Translations under genes and position numbers: made by a program
DNA from: Enoplolaimus lenunculus
Lineage: Eukaryota
Length of the DNA: 64,000 nt
NCBI GenBank assembly: GCA_030248215.1
Contig: JASANG010003711.1
Span: 310,001 to 374,000 of the forward strand
Direction of reading: 5' to 3'
The notes under the pieces: generated by a model
Told to the model about the DNA's origin: nothing
Database searches by the model: none
The model's input: the letters and a program-made list of their open reading frames with translations, nothing else
In this document: positions 19,345-32,700 of the stretch, piece after piece
How positions within the stretch are numbered: position 1 is the stretch's first letter
Layout: each line of letters opens with the position of its first letter

Positions 19345-22300
19345 ATGAATACAGCTTTTTTTATAACTGCGTTAATGGAAATTGCGGTTGTTGCTTTTGG
19401 CAATACATATGACCAAACGATACAGGCGGATCATTATTCAACTGGCGGGGATGCGACAGGGACATACCATCACCAAGATAGCACAGCTCCAGATTCACAA
19501 ACAATGACGGATCAGCAAACGGTACAAGTTGAAATCGGTCTTTGTTCCCATTCGTGTCTAGCGTTCGTCTGTATAAGTTGCTAGTATTAGAATTTGTATA
19601 TTTTGTTCTTAGTTACAAAGAACTTATGGATGACGAGCAGGGTGCAACCGGAGGTGAAAAATACCGGAGCCGGAGATGAGGTGAAATTAGGTAGTAACAG
19701 TGATGTTTAACTAGTAAATTTTAGCCAATATCTGTAATATGTTGCTAATTTGTTCAGTGTTACGCTAATTTTCTGCGAATTTTCAGAAATTTTCCTGAAA
19801 ATTGTGACAAAAGTAAAAAAAAACGCGTTTAAACAGATAAATTTTGCAAAATTATGCAAAAATTTACTGCCGAAATTGCCGGAACCTCCACCAAAAATTT
19901 TACCGGCGCCGGAGCCGGAGGCCGATCTTCTGCCGGAGCCGGAGCCGGAGGCAGACCTCCAGTTATACCCTGATGACGAGGATAGTTGTCTATGTTAGGT
20001 ACAGTATAGGAAACAAGTATTTTTTGAACTTTCGACTTTAATACTCCAAAGCATCTGTATTTACTACATATTCAGATGGATCATTATTCAACTGGCGGGG
20101 ATGCGACAGGGACGTACCATCATCAAGATACCACAGCTCCAGATTCACAAACAATGACGGATCAACAAACGGTACAAGTTTAAATCGGTCGTTGCTCTGT
20201 TATTCGACTTTCTTGAATGCCAAGTTGCAGATCGTAGAATTTTTGCATTTTATTCTTGGAAGCAAAAAACTTAGCGATCACAAGGATCTGAAATTAATAT
20301 ATGGTTTATCTATGCTATGCCAAATGTAAGGAAGAGAAGCATTTATACTTTCAACTTTGTGATCGATCCTAACCTAGTATATACTGTAGTGACCCGAAAA
20401 ACAGGCGGGGGACTGATATTTATTTGGCGTCTCCAGAGGGTACCCCCTGTGTTTCGGTTACGGACTGTTATTTATTTTTAACAAGCCCTCCGGCGCCTTT
20501 CGTTACCGGCATATATCCGGTATTGCAACTATCTGTTGAATTAAACGTTTCTTTCTCTTGTATCAACAGTTTGCGCGATAAGGTTATACTTAGAAATGTA
20601 CTTCCAAAACTTAAGTACGCTTTCAAGTTTCGAACTACACTTTATTTGGTCCTGGAGTCATTTATTCACTACAATTATGGATAATTGACAATCTCACTGG
20701 ATTCATAAGCAATGTCGATGGATCAATATGCGACACAGGTTGAAATCGGTTTTTGTTCCTATTAGTGGCTAGCGTTTGGCTTTAACATGTGTTGATGATC
20801 TTGCGCTTAGTTTTGTGTTTTGTTCTTAATAGCAAAACACTTGTGGATAAATGAGTATCTAAAATTAATATATAGTTTTATCGGCCAATGTAAAGAACAG
20901 GGACGGAACAGTATTATAAGCATATTCCTAAGCCTAAGCCTAAGTCAAGCGAAAAAATTAGTCCAAAGCTTAAGCATACACTTTTCTAGTCCCACAGAAA
21001 AACGTTCCGCCTCTGATCTTTATATAGGACGTTTTATCTATGCTAGGCTTAATTTTAGAAACAAGCACTTGCACATTCGATGCGAACAACTCTGTTCTAG
21101 GGTCTGTATTTGGTAACAGTTGAAATTGGGCTGTGCTCCTATTCGTGTCTAGCATTCGGTTTTCATGCGTTGCTAAACTTAAATATTTTTCAATTTTTCT
21201 TGCTAACAAAAAACTTAGTGATGACGAGGATAGTTATCTCTGTTAGACGCAGCATAGGAAAAGCATTTGCACTTTATTTCGGAGAGAGTCAATTTGACTC
21301 ACCATTTTTTGCTGTGTAACTATTTGCATTCAGATGGATCATTATTCAACTGGCGGGGATGCGACAGGGACATACCATCACCAAGATAGCACAGCTCCAG
21401 ATTCACAAACAATGACGGATCAGCAAACGGTACAAGTTGAAATCGGTCTTTGTTCCCATTCGTGTCTAGCGTTCGTCTGTATAAGTTGCTAGTCTTAGAA
21501 TTTGCATATTTTGTTCTTGGTTACAAAGAACTTATTGATAACGAGCAGGGTGCAACCGGAGGTAAAAAATACCTGGAGCCGGAGATGAGGTGAAATTAGG
21601 TAGTAACAGTGATGTTTAACTAGTTAATTTTAGCCAGTATCTGTAATATGTTGTTAATTTGTTTGGTGTTACGCTAATTTTCTGCGAATTTTCGGAAAGT
21701 TTTTCCTGAAAATTGTGACAAAAGTAAAAAACGCGTTTAAACAGATAAATTTTGCAAAATTATGCAAAAATTTACTGCCGAAATTGCCGGAACCTCCACC
21801 AAAAAGTTTACCGGCGCCGGAGCCGGAGGCCGATCTTCTGCCGGAGCCGGAGCCGGAGGCAGACCTCCAGTTATACCCTGATGACGAGGATAGTTGTCTA
21901 TGTTAGGTACAGTATAGGAAACAAGTATTTTTTGAACTTTTGATTTTAATACTCCAAAGTATCTGTATTTACTACATATTCAGATGGATCATTATTCAAC
22001 TGGCGGGGATGCGACAGGGACGTACCATCATCAAGATACCACAGCTCCAGATTCACAAACAATGACGGATCAACAAACGGTACAAGTTTAAATCGGTCGT
22101 TGCTCTTTTATTCGACTTTCTTGAATGCCAAGTTGCAAATCGTAGCAATTTTTGCATTTTATTCTTGGTAGCAAAAAAACTTAGCGATCACAAGGATCTG
22201 AAATTAATATATGGTTTCTCTATGCTATGAAAAAAGTAAGGAAGAGAAGCATTTATACTTTCAACTTTGTGATCGATCCTAACCTAGTATATACTGTAGT

Positions 22301-25300
22301 GACCCGAATAAGAGGCTGGGGACTGATATTTATTTGGCCTCTCCAGAGGGTACCACCTGTGTTTCGGTTGCGGACTGTTATTTATTTTTAACAAGCCCTC
22401 CGGCGCCTTTCGTTACCGATGTATATCCGGTATTGCAATTATCCGTTGAATCAAACGTCTATTTCTCTTGTATCAAAAGTTTGCGCGATAAGGTTAGACT
22501 TAGAAATGTACTTCCAAAACTTAAGTACGCTTTCAAGTTTCGAACTCAACTTTATTTGGTCCTGGAGTCATTTATTCACTACAATTATGGATAATTGACA
22601 ATCACACTAGATTCACAAGCAATGTTGATGGATCAATATGCGACACAGGTTGAAATCGGTTTTTGTTCCTATTAGTGGCTAGCGTTTGGCTTTAACAGGT
22701 GTTGATGATCTTGCGCTTAGTTTTGTGTTTTGTTCTTAATAGCAAAACACTTGTGGATGAATGAGTATCTAAAATTAATATATAGTTTTATCGGCCAATG
22801 TAAAGAACAGGGGCGGAACAGTATTATAAGCACATTCCTAAGCTAAGCCTAAGTCAAGCGAAAAAATTAGTCCAAAGTTTAAGCATACACTTTTCTAGTC
22901 CCAATGAAAAACGTTCCGCCCCTGATCTTTATATGGGCCGTTTTATCTATGCTAGGCTTAATTTTAGAAACAAGCACTTGTACTTTCGATGCGAACAACT
23001 CTGGTCTAGTGTCTGTATTTGGTAACAGTTGAAATTGGGCTGTGCTCCTATTCGTGTCTAGCATTCGGTTTTCATGCGTTGCTAAACTTAAATATTTTTC
23101 AATTTTTCTTGGTAACAAAAAACTTAGTGATGACGAGGATAGTTATCTCTGTTAGACGCAGCACAGGAAAAAGCATTTGCACTTTATTTCGGAGAGAGTA
23201 AATTTGACTCACCATTTTTTGCTGTGTAACTATTTGCATTCAGATGGATCATTATTCAACTGGCGGGGATGCGACAGGGACATACCATCATCAAGATAGC
23301 ACAGCTGCAGATTCACAAACAATGTTGGATCAACACGCGGCACAGGTTGAAATAAGTTTTTGTCTCTATTCGTACGTAGCATTGCTAATCTTAAGTTTTT
23401 TGGCATTATTTCTTGGTAATAAAAACTTAGCGAGGGTTAGAATGTGAAATAGTGATCTATGCTAGGCTTTAGGGTTCGAAGCAAGCATTTGTTCTTTCAA
23501 CATAGAGAACGATCCTAGTCTAGTATTTGCATTTATATATCCAGGTTTGTATCTGCTAAAGTCTAATAGTGGATCCTATTTTATTTCAGTTTTTTGGTAA
23601 TGAATAAATGCCAAGCTCCAAAGTTTAAGTAAATATCTAAACGTAAGTAGCTGTTTGATACTATATTTCTAACTTGACGAATCACGAAGAAAGAATTGCT
23701 TTTATCAACCATATTACAACCACAAAAATAAAAGTAAACGAAAGACGATAAAAATAAAATTACAAAAAATACTAATTTGAAAGACGACGTTATATTTGCC
23801 GACGTCTATAAATGTTTGAATGTTTGGTTAGATTTACACTGCAAAACAGCAGTTTATGGTTAGTTTGAAATTTTCTACAAAATTAGCTCGCCACTAAAGG
23901 CTTCGTATAGGTTAAAAATTATAAAGTTATTGTACAAACTTTGGTGAATAAATGCATTTCGGATATCCGACGGATATCATAATATATACACAGATATTCG
24001 AATAGTTTGTTTCATAGAGTTTTTTAGCACAGAAGTAGCTGCACTCACAACTGAATATATTAATACTGCAGGTGTTTAATTTAGCCCGCGTCTGAGCTAT
24101 GTTCAACTCAACTGTAGGTGTTTAATTTAGCCTACGTCTGAGCTACGTTCAACTCAGTATTCGCACCACTAGTGATTAGAGTAGGTATCACAGGTGCATT
24201 TTCCCCCCGTCCATTTTCCCCCCGGAAAATTTCATCTAGTTACATTTTTTCCACAGAAAAATCCATCTAGGCGTATTTTCCCCCGGAAAAAAACCGACCT
24301 AGGTGCATTTTTAGCGCAAAAAATCCAACTAGGTGTATTTTGCGCCCCGAAAAATTCCATCGAGGTCCATTTTGCAAACCAAGGATTACACTAAATGCGA
24401 GTATACTATATTGTAACACTAAGTTCTGTCCCTACCAAGATGAGCCCGATCATCATGAAACTGATGAAGAATCGCTACTCTTTCGTTTTCTGGGACATAA
24501 ACCTTGAATTTTCCCAAGTGGTTTATGAAGAACTTGCCTAAAAGAGGTAATTATCTACAGATAGCAGGTTGTAAACGGATAGTGAAAATGGCCCATGTTA
24601 CTATAAAGGCCGTCCCAATTTCCCGGGACAGAAATATACCCCAGCTGTCCCAACTGTTCCAACTGTCCCATCTGTCCCATCTGTCCCAACTGCCCCATCT
24701 GTCCCATCTGTCCCATCTGTCCCAAGTGTCCCAACTGTCTCATCTGTCTCAACTGTCTCGCTGTCCCAATTATATTTTTGTATGTACTTCTGGTACATTT
24801 CTGTCCCGGAAAATGCGACGGCCTTTAGGATAACATTGGCCGTGAAAATGAAGGAAACGGATAGTGATCAAAATAACGGAAACTAAAACGGAAAACAGAT
24901 AGTTAAGTAAAAAAGTTTAATGCTAATATTCCCAAGTGTATTTCCCTGGTATGTATCAAGTTGGATTATTCCGGGGGAAAATGGACGGGGGTAAAATGCA
25001 CCTGTGACATAGGTATATATTTTCCAAACATTACGTATTACTGAATTCCTTTAAAAATATGATAAAATTAACTGTACCGGAGTGATGTGCTTTCAAAAAT
25101 ACCAATACTGACACTTTGATGTTACCGATATGTATACTGATACCAATATATCGGTTCAACAATACTTTGTATGACTTTATGCCCCATTTTAAACGTCACA
25201 AAAGATTTCTTTCGATATCTGCTCTGTCTGTTTCAGATCGAAGAAACGTTCTCCAAAGTAACCAGTTTTGTCGACAGCTTAACACCAACTGATATGCAAA

Positions 25301-27207
25301 ATCCTGTAAGCTTTTGCACAGTTATGCTTATTATAAGTGTTGACAGTTTTATATCAAGTTGTTGGATCAATGCACTGAACAACTTTAACGGTTTGCCGCA
25401 TGAATATTTCCAATTTCATCTGAGATTAAATTTCAAACTATAAAGTTTTCGGACAAGAACGTGCCGCATACGAGCTCACAGAGGCTCTTACTTAGTTATT
25501 TAGTGTTTTGTAATTAGCATATTTACGTGCACCATACTGCACAATTGACATATTTTAGTGTCAAGTTGGCGCTTTAGTTGCTTATAGTATACTCTGTGCA
25601 TGAAAGGCTTAAATTGCTAAAAGTGTTTACTTAAATGTCCACAGTTTTCCTTGAACGTTTTGACTCAGTCAAACCAGAACTAACACTAAAGTATTATTGG
25701 TTTCAGGATGTGGAAGCGCTTGCAGAACGAATACGATTTTTAATGGACAGAACTCGAATGTTTCAAGAAAAAGCAAAAAAAGTAAGCGTGGAGAACCTCA
25801 TGACTATCTTACAAATTTAAGTTTAATGCAACAACGACAACGACACTCAGAAAATATACAATGCGCTGCAATCTGCAGGCCTGAATTTCACTAACACTAA
25901 AATGGTTAATATATTTGTCAACCGAAATGATCAGAGGCGGAACGTTTTTCTGTTAAACTGCAATTGACTAAGCTTAAGCTTTAGACTAATTTTTTGCGTA
26001 AGCTAATGCTAGGCTGAGAAATATGCTTATGCTACTGCTATAGCCTTGTTCTATATATATTGGCCCATTTTTCATAGAATGCAAATCGGTAAAAACTTGC
26101 AGCAAAATTCACAAAAATGATGAAATGTTTTAACAAAAGGGCGAAATTTCGTTTGTAGCAGCCATTTTAGTATTAGACATTTTACAACTATATTCAAAAT
26201 TAAAAGTAATCAAATGTGCTATTAACTAATTCCGCAACTGTAACTTGCACGAAATCTTGCAGCTGCAGGTATTTTCACAGAAACATTCCGATTCACCAAT
26301 TAAACTGCCGTTGCAATAATTCAAGCTACTTGCAACTGCGTTCACAGGTGCGCATTAAATTAAATAGCATAAATTCCAGTGAATAATTAGCAGCTACAAG
26401 AACTTCAAAGCTGCTTTGTGACCAAAGTTGCTCGTGCCAGTTACACGTGCATTTTTTGCTGCAAAACTTGCACGTGTCAATTGGGCTTTAATTATGCCTT
26501 ACTAGTTGTTCTCATGAACATGATTTGATCTGGCGTATGACTTAAGAGCAGCTTAAATAAGTTTAGCGTATAAGATATTTTGCAGAAATGCGAACGCGCT
26601 GAACACGTTATGATGAAGTGTGGCAAGTTTGGAATGGTAAGTGTGCAGTAGTACTAGAAAGATAATTCGCTTTTGCGTCGTGTATAGGCTTCACCTCCTC
26701 AAAACAACATCTTTTATGATGGATCAGTAGATTGAGCAGGCGGCTACAATGAGGTATAGACGCAAACAGGAGGCTTGTGCCCCGGTTTGGCCCTTGTGCA
26801 CCTGCCTTACATTTAAAATTAAAGCTTAGGATTGGGCTTAGGTAACGGCGTAAGTTTTAGGTTTGGGCTTTACGATTACGAAAGCCTGCAGGAGGACGTG
26901 TAGAAGAGTTCATGTATTTTTCATTTTGGGGTCTTAATGTGGTTTGGTAAGCGAGTGAAGCCATTGGTCAGCGAGCCCTTAGTACTTCTGCGCTAATTTA
27001 TCCAACGATTTTTTCTATTATATGACAGTCATGCACACTCACGGTCACCCGATGTTCAGCTGTAAACAATGTTTTTATTAGTTAGCCTGCAAATTTCTTT
27101 TTTAGAAAGCGCACGAAAAATTTCATGCAGTTAGCAGGAAATATGGTCGCTTGCAAGAATACCTTGGACAGCAAGGCACAACTGTCGATCAAAGCATGCC
27201 ACTTTAA
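19345..27207 (+). CDS. Orphan secreted protein: signal peptide, five ~34-aa repeats (one per exon) and a helical C-terminal domain; exons 19345-19527, 20076-20177, 21334-21435, 21984-22085, 23244-23345, 25237-25305, 25707-25781, 26586-26636, 27106-27207
   Basis: MNTAFFITALMEIAVVAFG signal. Repeat DHYSTGGDATGTYHHQD(S/T)TAPDSQTMTDQQTVQ follows TTCAG acceptors. The downstream phase-0 exons with strong sites join in frame: IEETFSKVTSFVDSLTPTDMQNP / DVEALAERIRFLMDRTRMFQEKAKK / KCERAEHVMMKCGKFGM / KAHEKFHAV...SMPL*. There is a probable 3' UTR exon at 27787-27846 ending in AATAAA. Joining of the two halves is inferred. Confidence 0.65.
19428..23345 (+). repeat. Recent ~1.91-kb tandem duplication (two full units plus the start of a third)
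   Basis: Equivalent exons are offset by 1908 bp (20076 to 21984) and 1910 bp (21334 to 23244). Introns and inserted MITEs are near-identical between units. Confidence 0.95.
19638..19972. mobile_element. hAT-like MITE with 8-bp TSD ATGACGAG (duplicated copy at 21546-21880)
   Basis: TIRs CAGGGTGCAACCGGAGG and CCTCCAGTTATACCCTG; TSD at 19630-19637 and 19973-19980. Confidence 0.9.
24188..25008. mobile_element. TIR element (~40-bp TIRs) containing subterminal repeats and a 9-bp CTGTCCCA(A/T) minisatellite (about 24643-24768)
   Basis: TCACAGGTGCATTTTCCCCCCGTCCATTTTCCCCCGGAA versus TTCCGGGGGAAAATGGACGGGGGTAAAATGCACCTGTGA; TAGGTA occurs on both flanks. Confidence 0.8.
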
Positions 27208-28138
27208 TAATAAACCGGTTAGTATCACAGATGTTATTATAACACATACCAAGTAGTTCTCGGCAGATTTGAAAATGTTTAAAAATTTATCAACCCTGGA
27301 ACTTGGAAATTATTCCAGCTAACAAAAATACAATAAAAGAATGAATGAAAAACATACCAAACCTTGTAAAACTCGCAACAACGGATAAAATTGATGCACT
27401 GTATTTAGCTTACTTATATATTTTGCAACAAATATTGTAACGAGATCGCTTTATTTGGTCAATTTCAATTTCAACAGAGCAGTTACTAAGGCAAAATTTA
27501 AGTTTAAAAATTGAACCAGATGTTAAATTTACAAAACTAAACGTGGTCGCTGATTTCATATTTTCTAAAAATTACACTTTAGACAGTTTGAATAGCACGG
27601 CATGGGAATGATGAATGTTTTGGTAATTTTTAAACAATTATAATTTCTTGCAAAACTTTTGATGCTAAAATTTGCCATTTAAGATCATTAACGTGTACAA
27701 ATTCGGTAAAATGTGACTAATATTTCCATTGTGTAAATTTTAATTGATTTTAATGTTGTTGTAATATTAGATATTGTTTGTTTCAGGATGCTACTTGCGG
27801 TTTCATCAGCATATACAGTGACTTCTATCATCAGCTTTTCAATAAATTGAAATTTATACGCTATTGTTTTCTTCAGAAAGTCAATAAACTTTGGTGTGCC
27901 TCATATGCTATTGTGAGAATATTCATCTAAACCAGTTTGGGAAGAGAACTGGTAAACAAAATTAGCTTGATTGCGTCCAAATGTTAGGGTTTGGATATAT
28001 ACTCAAGTCACTGCTGGATCTATACCCAATTCTTGTTTCGTACCCAACGCTCAGGACTAAAAACGTATATATCAGCGCGACGACAAAGTTTAGTTGATAT
28101 TCGCAAATGAATTCCTTTTAGTTCAATTTCTCTTCCTA

Positions 28139-28573
28139 CTGTAGTGACCCGAATAAGGGGGGCTGATATTAATTTGGCCTATCCCGAGGATATCCCCCTG
28201 TTATTAGGATACGGACTGTTATTCATTATTAACCCGGTTTCCGCCGCATTTCGTTACTGATACACATCCGGTATTGCAACTATCCGATGACTTAAACGTT
28301 TACGTGTCTTGAACACTTAAGCGATAATGCAAGATACTTAAGAATGCACTTTCAAAACTTAAGTATGCTTTAAAGTTTTGAACTCATCTTTATTTGGTCC
28401 TGAAGTCGTTTTATGCACAAAAATTAGGGATAATTATCGTTTATAAACTCTGATTAGGGTTGAAGGGTTCTATCCGCTTACGGGCTGTTTACAGGAATAC
28501 GGACTGCTATTGATTCGGACTCAAAACGGAGACCCCTTTTTATAACTTCCCCCTTTTATTCCGGCCACCACAG
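28139..28573. mobile_element. Tc1/mariner-like MITE (CTGTAGTGACCCGAA family); truncated copies at about 20384-20690 and 22294-22600, fragments near 32695 and 47385
   Basis: TA|CTGTAGTGACCCGAATAAGGGG ... CCCCTTTTATTCCGGCCACCACAG inverted ends. The internal sequence matches the copies inside the 1.9-kb duplication. Confidence 0.7.
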
Positions 28574-29173
28574 CTAATAATTTTATTTTAAATTTCCTCC
28601 GAAATAACATCTGTAAACCTAAAAAAACTAACGAATTGTTCGCCAGGTGGTTTTATTAAACGTTTGGGTCAACCATAAAATTGGTTGCTCTCTTTTTGTC
28701 ATAAAGTTTTATGTTTTACATACAAAATGTTTTTAGTGTCTTTCCACATTCTTTGTTGAGAAACAGGTGCACACACAAACCCATGACTTCAAATTTAATT
28801 AAAATATAAATAATAAAAGCACCAGCAGTAGAAATATCCTAAGCGGCAGTGTATTAAACTTTCTGCTTTAGATTTTTAAAAAGCTATCAATATTTATAAA
28901 CACAAATTTTGCAATTATTTTTCAAGTGCGATAATAATCAAAAAATTTCGCTGCCATGACAAGTTTCAAGATTTAATAGTTTTAGTTTGTTTACAGTGCG
29001 TACCAAGTTGCTTAAAGTTAAAATCAGGTGTATATGCGCTCTAGCCGAGCACTCGTGTTGCCAATAGTAGCGCCAATGTGTTAAAGTTAGCCCAACGGCA
29101 CCTTCCTTATATCCACTGCGAAAAGAGCACGACTGCAGTTTCGACCATTCATTGATGCAGTACGCACAGCTAC

Positions 29174-29751
29174 TAGTGATGGGCATCGGATATTTTTTCA
29201 TATCTAGATATCCGGCAATTCTTGCCGGATATTATCCGGATATTCGGATATCCGTATATATCCGGGTATCCCCGGATATCCAAAATGAAATTTTCTATTT
29301 CGGATATCCGAAACTCGATTTTGTGTTTATTGAGTTTCCTAGGCTGCAATTTTCTCGCATTTTTCGGACATATAATATATCCTGGTGGACATATACACAC
29401 GGTAACTGTTAATGTGTTGCATGAAAATTAGTTGGATGTCACCTAAGAACGTTATTTTATACCATATTTATTTGCAAATTATATTTAAGAATCGTTTAAT
29501 ATTTTTCCATCTTTTCCACCCCCCTCACAAAAAAATGGAAAAAATGGAAAACCATTTTTCCCGGTAATTTGTTTCCGGCCAACAACCCTGGCTCCGGCTA
29601 CTTTGGTGGTGAAACCATGCAAATTATTCCAAAAATTTTTAGACAAAAGCATTTCGGATATCCGGCGGATATACGGATATACGTTTCATTTTGGATACAT
29701 ATCCGGATATTTTTCATATCCGGATATCCGGATATCCGGTGCCCATCTATA
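29174..29751. mobile_element. hAT-like MITE with CGGATATCCG subterminal repeats
   Basis: TIRs TAGTGATGGGCATCGGATA and TATCCGGTGCCCATCTATA; exact 8-bp TSD ACAGCTAC (29166-29173, 29752-29759). Fragments at about 35262 and 40501. Confidence 0.85.
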
Positions 29752-32700
29752 ACAGCTACGCTTGCTATAGGTCACATCAACGTCCAGTTTTAAGGTCTGG
29801 AGAGGCTAAATTTATTTTTAACTTACAATACAAGAAAACTATGTCAAAACGAGCAATTTTTGTAAGCACCGAAATTAAATCAACCAATCATTATACGTTT
29901 ACACATAGTTCCAGTTATTCATAACCTGATGGAAACATTATGAGAGTGCAACATAATCTGTTTAATAATACGTTAATTTAGACTTGGTGGTACAAATTGT
30001 AACTAAACTGTGAAAAACAGTAATTGGAAGCGTTGTTCAGCTAGAATAAGTTTACACACAACGTCTTACACAATTTAACCGAAAGATCAGCTTATATAGT
30101 TTCTATGCAAAAGACGCCAGAGGCGTAGCCAAGATTTCAGAAATGGGTCTTAGGTTGCATAAAAATTTTGAAACAGACTCTTTACTATCTACTAAAAAGT
30201 TTCTAAAAACCTCTACAATGAAATCACAAACCGTGAAATGTCCATATTCATACCCCCATTTTACTGACTATGGCAGTTTATAGAAACTAGCTAGTTTCTG
30301 GAGAATAGGGTTGCGATTTGTTACGCTGGAGCTAATTTAACCCGAGTAGCTGGCAGTTTTATATGCAAGGTTTGTAAATTGGATTGATATTAAATTGGCG
30401 TGTAGAAACGCCAAAAGTCATCGTATAACACGTACAGCAGTTAGCGTTTTTGGTTAAGATTAATCATCTATATTTAGTACAAAAACAATTATATAGAATT
30501 TATGCAACGTTTTTTCCTATTTTAAAACAAAGTGAACTCTGCCAAATGAACTCCAAAAACGCTTGCCAGTCGAGTATTCAAAGTCTGCGACTTGCGATGT
30601 AAAGCGATCGAAAAGATTTTAATTTCAAATTCTCACTGATATTTTTTCTTTTTGAAAACTCATGTAGGAGATGCAAACTACCTATATTTCTGCACGACAG
30701 AAAAGCAATAAAATAGACGAACACCAAGTACCTGACTTTAGACCAAACTATGCAGTAAATTTGAACCAATTTGGATTATAATGACCGTCCTTTAATAAGC
30801 AGAATAAAATGACCACTATTACTTAATAAATTTTAAGCGTAACAGGACTAAAATGTGATTTCATAAAAAAATAAGTGACCTACTTTTATTGCCCTGTAAG
30901 CAGTGAAAATTTACGTTTTTTAATAAAATGTTATTGATTCTGATTTAAAATACAGTTTTTGCTAAAATGTGTTAAACTCTCGTTCTGACAGCAGCTTCTT
31001 TAATGCTCTGATCAAATTGAAATTGATGGTTATCAATAACAACAACCGTTTATGTTACAAAAATGTTGTAAGATTCAAAATAAATTTGTTTCACTTCCAA
31101 CCTCTGTTCAAAGACTTAGCAAAATGGTGTTAGATATACTGTAGGACGTATTTGGTAAGTGAGCTAATTGCAGGGTGTGAATGGGCTAAGAACGAAAACG
31201 AATACTGGTCAAAGCAAAGGCAGAGGTAAACGGTTATTTAAGTATAAATGTCAAAACGATGGTACCAATATATAACTACGATGAGCATAAAACAATGGCA
31301 ATTTCTCACATATCTACAACAGAACCGAGCACCGATAGCCAATGGAAATCGATGCCCGTTAGCACCTGGTATAACCAATGACGATAAGTAAACAAGTTTT
31401 GATTTTCAAGCTCTTTCATAGTATTATTACTGTTTTTGCCCAAATTCACTCTTAATCACCGCAGGCGAATTTTCAGTCTGTTTAGTATTGAAAGCATCAA
31501 TTTTCTCACCTCATCTTTTATTGCTGTGGTGTCAATATATTAATCCATTACAACTTGTTTGGATTGCAATCAAATTAGTTATGGATATGGGTTAACAACC
31601 AGCAATCAATGAGGGTCGATCTTTTTATATACCAGACCTTTGTACTGAACACTTGCTCGCGGGCTCAAGAAATTATCGTCGGAGGTCAAAAACTTTATGG
31701 TACAACCGGAGGTTTGCCTTCGGTTCCGGCAGAAAATCTACCTCCGGCTACGGTAGAATTTCCGCCGGAGGTCTAGTAATTCCGGTAACAAAATTTTGCA
31801 TACTTTTACAAAATTTGCTTGGTGCTTTTCCATTACACTTTTGGTACAATTTTGAGAGATAAAATTATCGATATTTCGTAAAAAAATAAGCGTAAAACCG
31901 AAAGATTTAACAACATCACATCATTTTAACTACCTAACTTGCCTCCTCTTCGGCTTTATCTCCGGCTCCAGCAAAATTTGTTAAGTTCCGGCTTCAGCTC
32001 CAGTATTTTCCGTTTCCGGTTGCACCCTGGTTAATGTTAATAAATTATTTGATACAGAACTAGACGACCTGAAACGGAAGATGTTTACTTGGTTGCGTTT
32101 CAATTTACAGGTTCCCGAGTTATTCTTAATATACAATACTTCAATCTTTAGGAAACACCGCGCAAAATGCCCACTACTAACATAATTTTTAGGTTTTTTT
32201 GACCAGCGGTGTATACCTCAAATGCGATATCCGGAAAAATGGTACTGATTGACCCCTGTCTACGGTTGTAAAGTTCAGTTGGTGCACATTTTATTCGAAA
32301 GCGAAATTTTTGAATTAAAAAAATATACGCATGAAATATGTAAAAAAATAGTTTATTTGCAAGAATCTACTCGTTTTCACACCTAAAGTGGTTTTTCAAA
32401 CAGATAATTATTCAACTAAAATTAGTTGTAAATGTCAACACTCCATTGTATTTACAATTCATCGCAATTGCGCAATCGAGAGAGTATAAAAAATGAGTTT
32501 AAACTTTCGACGATTGCTGGGAACGAGCAAATTTGTTGCATTATCTTTGCTAGTTTCAAGCCTGTATCACTTATAAAAAGTATGTGAACTTTTTACAAAA
32601 TTTGCCTGGGAACGGAACAAAATCAGAGGTTCAAAATTGTGTATTGTGTCAAATTTATATTCTTAAAGTTTAAGAAGTGAAATGTGGCTTGTAGTGTAGT

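Noticed and set aside
19750..19998. ORF with PEPEPEADL repeats (also 21715-21906)
   Set aside because: Almost entirely within a MITE bounded by TIRs and a TSD; it is a translation of CCGGAG repeats.
19345..23345. Regularly recurring ~100-bp repeats separated by longer sequence, superficially like a CRISPR array
   Set aside because: The repeats are spliceable coding exons and the spacers are homologous introns; the context is eukaryotic and there are no cas genes.
24504..24833. LSQLSHL / MGQMGQ / TDGTDG repeat ORFs
   Set aside because: A 9-bp minisatellite inside a TIR element, open in several frames by construction.
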